This document shows, one piece after another, positions 39,201 through 47,331 of a stretch of DNA of 64,000 nucleotides. The DNA is taken from contig JANJGN010000029.1 of NCBI GenBank assembly GCA_026770705.1, positions 28,148,001-28,212,000 of the forward strand. The letters are read 5' to 3'. Source of the DNA: Isurus oxyrinchus. Its lineage: Eukaryota. Each line of letters starts with the position of its first letter. The stretch's first letter is position 1. A program made the translations under genes and the position numbers. The notes below the pieces were generated by a model. It worked only from the letters and a program-made list of their open reading frames with translations. It searched no databases and was not told where the DNA came from.

Positions 39201-42200
39201 CGTCCCCATCATCCTACACAATTAACACTTATCATTTCTCTCCTCCTGTAACCTTACAACCTCCCTCCTGTTACCCTGGACCCTATTGCTTGCTATGTGG
39301 ACATTCCTGCTCTCCCAGCTGGCCTCAAGAACAGAAGGGGTCAGTCTCAGGAGGGCATGGGCACATCAACAGTTATGGGCTGGGGAGAGTTTTATTGTTA
39401 GTCAGAGATACTTTCCACAGTCTAAAATGTTTCACACTTCCTTTCACCCTACTTTATATTTTCCATTCGCAAATAGAAGAGGAGTTTTCACTTACTGTAT
39501 ACCGTGACCACCTCTTTCTTCTCCTTCAGCTGTTTACTCTCTGATGTACAGGTCACAGTGCATGGTGCTGCAAAATCCCATTCCTGGACACTCAGAAAAT
39601 AGTCTGTGGACCAATTTCTGCTCTTTGTTGTGTTAGGTTTTACCCCTGGTTTATATTCCACACTGAGCACTGGTTCTGTACATGTCGTACTGCAGTTCAC
39701 CAGTAAAGAGCCTCCAAATTCAACAGCTGGGGGGCTTATGTTGATCGAAACTTCAAATCCAGTTACAACTGCTGCGAAGGAAACAAATCACAGTAAATCC
39801 AGGAATATTAAATCTATTCAAAGTAGCACTTATTGAGAGTAACTCCCTGAGGTAATAACACATATTCTAACAACACCAATAAGCAGGCCACTTTTGAAAA
39901 CAAAATTTCTGCAGGATTTATAGAACCATAGAAATTTACAGCACAGGAGGCCAATCAGCTCATCATGCCTGTGCTGGTTAAAAAAAGAGCTATCCAGCTT
40001 AATCCCACTTTCCAGCTCTTGCTGGGTAGACCTGTTGGCATTATCAATTCAAATGCATATCCAAGTAGTTTTGAAATGTGATGAGGGTTTCTGCCTCTAC
40101 CACCCTTTCAGGCAATGAGTTCCATATCCCCACCAGGTGAAAAAACTCCTCCATAACACTCCTTGAATCCTTCTACACATCACTTTAAATCTATGCCGCT
40201 GGTTATTGACCTCTCTGCTATGAGAAGTAGGTCCTTCCTAAACACTCTATCCAGGCCCCTCATAATTTTATACACCTCAATTAAATCTCTTAATCAATTA
40301 AATATCTTAAATCTTCGGCTCCAAAGAAAACAATCCCAGCCTACCCAACCTTTCCTCGTAAAATTAAAATAAAGTTAAAATTCTCCCATCCTGACAACTT
40401 CCTTGTAAATCTTCTCATATCCTCTCTAGAGTGATCACATGCATTTTGAAATGTAGTGGTCAGAACTGTAAGCAGTATTCTAGCTGTATCCTAGACAGCG
40501 TTTTATCCAGTTGTAGCATAATCTCCCTGCTCTTAATGCTTTGGCTAATAAAGGAAAGTATTCTTTATGTCTTCTTAATCACCTTATCTACTTGTACTGC
40601 TACCTTCAAGGCCCCGTGGACATGCATGACAAGGTCTCTCTGTTCTTCTATATAATAAGTGTAAAATCCTGCAGATGCTGGAAATCTGAAATAAAAACAG
40701 AAAATGCTGGAAAAACTCAGCAGGTCTGGAAGCATCTGTGGGGAGAGAAACAGGGTTAATGTTTCAAGTCTGTTTGACTTCTTCAGGGCTAAGAAGAGTC
40801 ATACAGACTTGAAACGTTAACCCTGTTTCTCTCTCCACAGATGCTGCCAGACCTGCTGAGTTTTCCCAGCATTTTCTGTTTTTATTTCAGATTTCCAGCA
40901 TCTGCAAGATTTTGCCTTCATAATCGAGATTAGGTTAACTGGCCATTTAGTTGCCCTAACCCCATCTTTTGCTATTACTTCAGCAATGAGATATATCAGC
41001 ATTTCCATACAGCACCCATTAAGATGTAAACATTTCTCACCACAATTATTGGCCTCACTTGTTCACACATCAATTATTTTCAATCAAAATCAGCTTAATA
41101 ATGACAATAATGCTCTCAAAGGGGTGGGTCTTACTTGACCATATGTGCTGATTATTTTTTGGAGGAGATAACAGCCAGAAGTAATGAAAGAAACCATTGA
41201 CATAGAATAGGGGAAATTTTCTCAATGGGCACCCACTATCCAATAAAAACACTGCACCTTAGATGTGCTGCATGTAGGAAGGGATGTTGCTTTTATTTCG
41301 TCTTTAACCATTTGAAATAACTCATAGTAATTTCAGGCCGAGAACTGCCCTCTAATTCAGTGTTGGGCAGGAAATCCCAAAGCATCTGTGGGCCTCAGCC
41401 TTGGAAAGCTGCAGCCAGAAAGCTTTGGGTCCTTTCAATTGTCCAACTGCAGCTGTGCAGGGCCTTGATGAGACCACACCTGGGGTATTGAGTGCAGTTT
41501 TGGCCCCCTTACCTAAGAAGGGATATACTGGCCATAGAGGGAGTGCAGCAAAGGTTCATCAGACTGATTCCTGGGTTGGCAGGATTGTTGTATGAGGAGA
41601 TTGGGCCGACTAGGCCTGTATTCACTGGAGTTTAGAAGAATGAAAGGAGATCTCATTGAAATGTATAAAATTCAGTCAGGATGCAGGGATGATATGTCCT
41701 TTGGCTGGGGGGGGGGGTCTAGAACAAGGGGCTACAGTCTCAGGATATGGGATAGACCATTCAGGATTGAGATGAGGAGAAACCTCTTCACTCAGAGGGT
41801 GGTGAACCTGTGGAATTCTCTACCACAGCAGGCTGTGGAGGCAAGTCACTGAATATATTTAAGAAGAAAATAGATTTCTGGACTTTAAAGGCGTCAAAGG
41901 GTATGAGGAGAGCGTGGGAGCATGGCGTTGAGATGGGGGATCAGCCATGATAATATTGAATGGTGGAGCAGGCTTGAAGGTCCGAATGACCTACTCAGCT
42001 CCTATTTTCTATGTTTCTATGTCCTGTGGTGGAAAAATTGAAATACAAAGCTGCTTGGATTAACTTTCACCTGTCCTTGAGACCCCTGCAGAACTCCTGT
42101 CCATCCAGTTCATCCTGTCCATGGCCATTACGCCAACTTTGATCAAACACCCCAAAACTGGGGAACTCAGCACATGTAGAAATAAGAGAAAGAATCTAGA

Positions 42201-45200
42201 GGCTAGGCATATTCTCTTTTGCATTATTGAAAGAGGAAGACTGGGATCCAAGCCTTGCTATAGCCATAGGCCCAGTTGAGCCCAGTGAAGAAACTCAGGA
42301 AATCTCAGTACAATGGGAGCAGACTTGATGGGGAAAAAAATCTGCACCTTTTCCACATTCGTTGGTCTGGAGAATGTGAGCCTTCCAGATGTAGGGAAGA
42401 GGAAACCAACCCCCACTCCCACCTCAGTGTACCTGGTCTTGAAATAAGGTGCAATCTACGGCATATAAGCAGCCCCCCCCACCTCTCTGGACTTTAGGAG
42501 TTTGTACCTTAGAACCACTAGAACACGTGGAAAAAAAATGCAGGTATAGCCACCTGGGAAACATAGTCATAGGAAAAAGTAGGGTGTCTTGTGTGCCTTT
42601 GATATTTTATTGCAGCAGAACAGAATGTGTGCTTATGTTGTAGTTTCTTCTTTATAGAGGTTACTGTCTATTAATGTCACAGGAAATTTGACGATTGTGA
42701 AATGGAAAAAGGGTGTTCTTTTTTGTAAATGATGGCCTATCTACAGATAACTGTTTTACATCCAGGCAGCAAGTTAAAAACATACCCTAATGTAGGATAC
42801 AGTGTACAACTTCCTTTCGTTTCCCTAGTACATAAAACAGTGAACATGGTAGAAGATGACAGTGAAACAGACTGAAGTACAAGGATCAGAAGGCAAATTA
42901 ATGTTAGATATTCACCAACTAACGTAGGATTGGTTTCAGGTACATTCATGAATGCACAAATTTCGACTACCTGCCTTTTTTTTCTTTTCTACCTTCCACA
43001 CCATTAGTTAGATATAAATATAAAACAGCCAAATTTCGATAACAAAAACAGAAATTGCAGGTCTGACGATATCTGTAGAGAGAGAAACTGAGTTGACGTT
43101 TCAAGTCTGTATGACTCTTCTTCGGAGCTAAACAGAAGTAGAAATGTGATAGAATTTATACTGGTTAAGGTGGTGGGTGGAGCAGGTAAAGAAGGATAGA
43201 AGGTCAGCAATACGTGGGGGCTAAGGAGAGATTGACAATGATGTCATGGACGCAAGACAAAGGGAGTGTTAATAGTTGTGGTGAAAACAAAAGAAGGTGT
43301 TGATAGTGGCATAAAGGTGAGAAAGCAAAAGGTGTTAATAGCAGAACAAGGGTCAGTACTCTGTGAAAGAACAACATAGAACAAGTGACAGATTATCCTG
43401 AGGGGGGAGGGGCAATGGTTAGAGAAAAAGGATAAAAAAGGTGATTTAAAAAATGAATAAAACTAAAAAATAGGTAAATAAAAATAAAATAAAATCTCAC
43501 AATGGGACCAACATCCATGCGGGGAGGCTTGCTACTGCTGTCGGGGAGGGTTTAAACTAATTTGGCAGGGGGATGGTATCATGAGAGGAGGTTCAGCAGG
43601 GGGAGATGCACAGCCAAAATTAGAAGAGAGAGCAAGTGAGTCTGGAAGGCAGAGAAATTATAGGCCAGTTAAGACACAAGTGAGTCTGGAAGGTTGGATG
43701 GTATTTATTTTAATACAAGGAGTCTGATGAATAAGGCAGGTGAGTTGAGGGCACAAATTAACACAAAGAAGTATGATGTCATTGCTCTCACAGAGACATG
43801 GTTGAGAGAGGAGCTCAATATTCCAGGATATAGGGTCTTCAGGTGAGAGAGGAAAGTTGGTGGGGGTATCACAATATTGATCAAGGAATCAATTACAGCA
43901 GTAAGGAGGGATGACATTTTAGAAGGCTCCTCAAATGAAGCCATATGAGTAGAACTAAAAAACAAAAAAGGAGCAGTCACTTTGCTGGGAGTGTACTGTA
44001 GGCCCCCAAAGAGTCAGAGAAATAGAAGAGCAGATATGTAGGCAAATTTCAGAGAAATGTAAAAATAATAGGTTAGTAATAGTGGGGGAATTTCAACTTC
44101 CCCAACATTAACTTTGTTTTCATAGTGTGATAGTTTTAGAGGGAGCGGAATTCTTAAAATGCATCCGGGGAGCTTTTAAAGCCAGTACATAGAAGGTCCT
44201 ACAAGAGAGGGGGCGGTTCTGGACTTAAATTTAGGGAATGAAGCCAGGCAAGTGGTAGAGGTGTCAGTGGGAGCATTTTTCAGGTAATGATCATAACTCC
44301 GTTAGATTCAAAGATGTTATGGAAAAGGACAAGGATGGGCCAGAAATCAGAGTTCTAAATTGGGAGAAGGCCGATTTTAATAAGATCAGATTTGATTTGG
44401 CCAGAGTGGACTGGGAGCAGCTACTTTTAGGTAAATCTGTGTCAGAGCAGCAGGACTCATTCAAGAAGGAAATAGGGAGAGTACGGGGCCAACATATCCC
44501 AGTAAAGACAAAGGGTGGAACCAACAAATCCAGGGAAACCCTGGATGTTGAGGGATATACAGGATTGGGTAAAGAGAAAAAGGGAGGCTTATGACAGATA
44601 CTGAGGGCTCAAAACAGCGGAGGCCCTAGAGGAGTATAGAATGTGTAGGGGGGAACTTAAAAAGGAAATTAGGAGAGCAAAAAGGGGGCATGAAAAACCA
44701 TTGGCAGGTAAAATAAAGGAAAATCCAAAGTTATTTTACAAGTACATTAAGAGTAAGAGGATAACTAGGGAAAGAGTAGGGCCCATTACGGCCCATTAAG
44801 TGGTAATTTGTGTGTGGAGCCAGAAGATATAGGTAGGGTTCTAAATGAATACTTTGTGTCAGTGTTCACAAATGAGAGGGATGACATGGGTATGGAAATC
44901 AGGCAGAAGGACTGTGATATAATTAAAGAAATTTGCATAGAAAGGGAGGAGGTTCTAAGTGGTCTGGCAGGCTTAAAAGTAAAATGAAATGTATCCCAGG
45001 CTGTTGAGTGAGGCAAAGGGGGAGATAGCAGGGGCGCTGGCAATAATTTTCAATACTTCTCTGGCCACAGGAGAGATGCCAGAGGACTGGAGGACAGCCA
45101 ATGTGGTACCGTTATTCAAGAAGGGAGGAAGGGATAAACCAGGGAACTACAGGCCAGTCAGTCTAACCTCAGTGGTGGGGAAACTATTGGAAGCAGTTCT

Positions 45201-46986
45201 GAGGGACACAATTAATCTACACTTGGAGAGGCAGGGATTAATCAAGGACAGTCAGCATGGTTTTGTTAAGGGGAGGTCATGTCTGACCAATTTGGCTGAA
45301 TTTTTGGAAGAGGTGACCAGGTGTGTAGATGAGGGCAATGCATTTGACATAGTCTGCTTGGACTTCAGCAAGGCTTTTGATAAGGTCCCACATGGGAGAC
45401 TGATAATGAAGGTAAGAGCACATGGGATCCAAGGCAATTTGGCAAATTGGATCCAGAATTGGCTGAATGGCAGGAAGAGGGTGATGGTCAAGGGGTGTTT
45501 TTGTGACTGGATGCCTGTGTCCAGTGGGGTTCCACAAGGATGGTGTTGGGTCCCTTGCTGTTTGTTACATATATAAACGATTTAGACTTGAATGTAGGAG
45601 GGTTGTTCAGTAAGTTCACAGATGACACGAAAATTGGCGGTGTGGTAAATAGTGAGGAGGATAGCCTTAGATTACAGGAGGATATAGACGGGCTGGTCAG
45701 ATGGGCTGATCAGTGGCAAATGGAATTTAATCCAGATAAGTGTGAGGTGATGCACTTGGGCAGGACAAACAGGACACAGGAATACATGATGAATGGTAGG
45801 ACCCTAGAAAATACTAAGGATCAGAGGGACCTTGGTGTGCATGTCCAAAGGTCTCTTAAGGTAGCAGAACAGGTAGATAAGGTGGTTAAGAAGGCATATG
45901 GGATACTTGCCTTTATTAGCCGAGGCATAGAATATAACAACAGGGAGGTTATGCTGGAACTGTATAAAACACTAGTTAGGCCACAACCACAGTATTGAGT
46001 GCAGTTCTGGAATCCGCATTATAGGAAGGATATGATTGCACTAGAGAGAGTGCAGAGGAGATTTACCAGGATGTTGCCTGTGCTGGAGTGGTTTAGTTAT
46101 GAGGAGAGATTGGATAGACTGGGGTTATTTTCCCTGGAGCAGAGGAGATTGAGGGGGGACATGATTGAGGTGTATAAAATTATGAAGGGCATAGATAGGG
46201 TAGACAAGAAGAAACTTTTCCTCTTGGTGGAGGGATCAACAACTAGGGGGCATAGATTTAAAGTAAGGGAGGTTTAGAGGGGATGTGAGGAAGAATTTTT
46301 TCACCCTGAGGGTGGTGGGAATCTGGAACTCACTGCCTGAAAGGGTGGTAGAGGCAGAAACCCTCATAACATTTAAGAGGTATTTGGATGTGCACTTGCG
46401 ATGCCATGCATGGCATACAAGGTTATGGGCCTAGTGCTGGAAAATGGGATTAGAATAGTTAGATACTTGTTTGACCGGTGCAGACTCAATGGGCTGAAGG
46501 GCCTTTTTCTGTGCTGTAGACCTCTATGACTCTATGACAAAAAAAATTTTAAAAAGGGATTAAAAATAGGGTGAAGATAGAGGAGAGAGTTCACGGTCAG
46601 AAGTTGTTGAACTCAGTGTTAAGTCAGAAGGCTGTAAAGTGCGTAATTGGAAGATGAGGTGCTGTTCCTCCAGTTTGTGTTGGAACATTACAGCAGGCCA
46701 GGGACAAATGTGGGCATGAGAGCAAGCTGTAAATAGCCAAATTTCTATTTCCTACTGAGAAACTGAAACCATCCAGTATGATGGGAAACCAGTAATGATC
46801 GATTGCAGAATAAAACTATCAGATATGATTGGAACTGCAACGCTGTGAATGCCATTTAATATTATTTGAGTCTATGAAAATAATTCAAATTTACTTATAA
46901 TTAATAGCTCTTTACCTACCTGTTCCAAAGGAAAGTAACGTGAAAAGCCAAATACATTCAACCGGTGAAATTTGTCGAAAATCCAT
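9117..46986 (-). CDS. ICAM/VCAM-family Ig-superfamily adhesion molecule (signal peptide + 6 Ig domains + TM + short tail), 8 coding exons, 643 aa predicted
   Basis: Exons 46986-46920, 39771-39496, 31235-30921, 27643-27350, 25887-25600, 14104-13859, 13501-13220 and 9280-9117 sum to 1932 nt (644 codons with stop) and join in frame through phase-1 introns. All donors are GT; all acceptors are AG except exon 6 (AA). Orthology to a specific ICAM cannot be assigned without phylogeny. Confidence 0.88.
9780..11890. mobile_element. Two L2-type LINE 3' fragments in opposite orientation
   Basis: Plus piece 9780-10330 ([14 protein letters not shown]-like region); minus piece 10345-11890 split by an LTR. 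Confidence 0.6.
10377..11231. mobile_element. Probable solo LTR inserted in an L2 3' end
   Basis: tgttatga...tgaca ends interrupt the contiguous L2 terminal motif gtatttatacagcac|cctttgacatgataaaac. Confidence 0.5.
13220..13501 (-). CDS. Exon 7: Ig domain 6
   Basis: YKP...[20 protein letters not shown]...[14 protein letters not shown]; ttttccag|AT acceptor, G|GTCAGT donor; 282 nt. Confidence 0.92.
13859..14104 (-). CDS. Exon 6: Ig domain 5 (predicted acceptor is non-canonical AA)
   Basis: YAP...[20 protein letters not shown]...[15 protein letters not shown]; donor T|GTGAGT; expected acceptor reads ttttacAA|AT; 246 nt. Confidence 0.8.
14460..14595 (+). mobile_element. V-SINE/L2-type 3' tail fragment
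   Basis: gtgtgccctgtgatggactg...gggtgtac...ggatagg...ggatgaagcagt...(gtga)n terminal repeat. Confidence 0.5.
14633..19840 (-). mobile_element. Full-length degraded Ty3/Gypsy LTR retrotransposon in intron 5
   Basis: 256-bp LTRs 14633-14888 and 19585-19840; flanks tagtt/cagtt; PBS-like TGGTGATAAGGAT (compare tRNA-Ser PBS TGGCGACGAGGAT); PPT at 14889-14902; gag knuckle CYYCHRNGY, protease [10 protein letters not shown], RNase H (LTCDAC), integrase (TAPYHPSSN). Confidence 0.92.
17187..17768 (-). mobile_element. 5'-truncated Penelope-like element (GIY-YIG C-terminus, 3' UTR, pLTR with hammerhead motif at 17286-17324)
   Basis: [22 protein letters not shown]-stop; TSD gtccctaa (17179-17186, 17769-17776). 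Confidence 0.85.
19860..22495. mobile_element. Degraded PIF/Harbinger element with HARBI1-like transposase remnant (+, about 21390-21960)
   Basis: [15 protein letters not shown] and YNESH...EQTIGLLK motifs; interrupted by a LINE at 20650-21390. Confidence 0.65.
20645..21390 (-). mobile_element. LINE 3' portion, same family as 5672-7986
   Basis: [21 protein letters not shown] and the shared tail. Confidence 0.8.
22955..24430 (+). mobile_element. Degraded CR1 fragments
   Basis: VIMGDFN endonuclease motif, TRGHRFK motif, CR1 3' tails. Confidence 0.65.
24990..25486 (-). mobile_element. CR1 3' end
   Basis: [27 protein letters not shown]. Confidence 0.8.
25600..25887 (-). CDS. Exon 5: Ig domain 4
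   Basis: FSAPEIQIP...[11 protein letters not shown]...[12 protein letters not shown]...TLHVL; ttttacag|CT acceptor, T|GTAAGT donor; 288 nt. Confidence 0.9.
27350..27643 (-). CDS. Exon 4: Ig domain 3
   Basis: [24 protein letters not shown]...EVTCTADF; gttgcag|CT acceptor, G|GTAAGG donor; 294 nt. Confidence 0.92.
30255..30580 (+). mobile_element. tRNA-headed SINE (partial head)
   Basis: B-box-like gagttcaaaccc, conserved body and LINE-type tail. Confidence 0.75.
30921..31235 (-). CDS. Exon 3: Ig domain 2
   Basis: [23 protein letters not shown]...[14 protein letters not shown], resembling ICAM/VCAM D2; ttttaacag|AT acceptor, T|GTAAGT donor; 315 nt. Confidence 0.92.
35535..35790 (-). mobile_element. 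Penelope pLTR/3' UTR fragment with hammerhead-like motif (35589-35627, core CUGUUGA)
   Basis: Homologous to 61950-62262 in reverse orientation. Confidence 0.75.
37920..38335 (+). mobile_element. CR1 3' end
   Basis: ggagtttagaaga...gatcagccatgatc...actcctgctcctaattcgtat. Confidence 0.8.
39496..39771 (-). CDS. Exon 2: Ig domain 1, ICAM N-terminal type
   Basis: [25 protein letters not shown]...W...W...CTVTC...VTVY; two CxxxC pairs as in ICAM/VCAM/MAdCAM D1; acceptor ccttcgcag|CA, donor A|GTAAGT; 276 nt. Confidence 0.9.
39920..40630 (-). mobile_element. CR1 3' fragment
   Basis: (atagaa)n tail and reverse-complement CR1 ORF2 end. Confidence 0.65.
40661..40915. mobile_element. Older Penelope pLTR inverted pair (imperfect palindrome, about 120-bp arms)
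   Basis: The same peptide [22 protein letters not shown] appears on both strands in the ORF track; hammerhead remnants lie at the centre. Confidence 0.8.
41455..42020 (+). mobile_element. CR1 3' end
   Basis: [17 protein letters not shown]...[10 protein letters not shown]. Confidence 0.8.
43038..46734 (-). mobile_element. Penelope-like element split by a CR1 insertion
   Basis: TSD agccaaatttc (43027-43037, 46735-46745); pLTR with hammerhead motif at 43091-43129; GIY-YIG C-terminus at about 46590-46725. Confidence 0.78.
43496..46537 (+). mobile_element. CR1 LINE with nearly complete but disrupted ORF2 (APE + RT)
   Basis: [13 protein letters not shown]...[45 protein letters not shown]; (ctctatga)n tail. 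Confidence 0.93.
46920..46986 (-). CDS. Exon 1: signal peptide [22 protein letters not shown]
   Basis: ATG at 46986-46984, hydrophobic core [10 protein letters not shown], phase-1 donor G|GTAGGT; promoter motifs lie just upstream; not in the ORF track (too short). Confidence 0.8.
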
Positions 46987-47099
46987 AATGATTGAAGTTC
47001 AAAGCAATATGTGCCCTGGAATCACAACAATCCTAAAAGCTTCAGAGCCTTTACAGTCTTTAACTAAATCTACATAATCTTTAACTAAATAACGGCGCT

Positions 47100-47330
47100 A
47101 CATCACTTTATTTATGGAGTAACTGCGAGCTTGATTTGAATCGTGTTACTTTATGCGGGATCTACCAACCTTCCAGTAGCTAACAGACAACTGACAGTTT
47201 CTTTTTACACAGGAAGTGGGTGTGGCTAGGTAGACCAGCATCTATTGATCATCTCTAACCGCCTTGTAGGGGATTTCCATACATCTTTCCATCTTTCAAA
47301 AATCTATACAGCTTCAGTTTCTGTTTTGCT
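47100..47330 (-). promoter_or_regulatory. Proximal promoter: NF-kB GGGGATTTCC (47269-47278), ETS ACAGGAAGTG (47209-47218), KLF/Sp GGGTGTGGC (47218-47226), ISRE-like AGTTTCnnTTT (47196-47206, 47316-47326), TATA-like CATAAATAAA on minus (about 47108-47117)
   Basis: Consensus matches clustered in non-repetitive sequence 120-340 bp upstream of the ATG. Confidence 0.6.
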
Positions 47331-47331
47331 G

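Noticed and set aside
44989-46277. Long RT ORFs as an active LINE
   Set aside because: Frameshifts and stops split ORF2, the catalytic motif reads FTDD, and the 5' end is truncated.
46914-46916. Alternative exon-1 donor AG|GTAAAG four nt downstream
   Set aside because: It would be phase 2 and frameshift the D1 exon; the phase-1 donor at 46920 fits.
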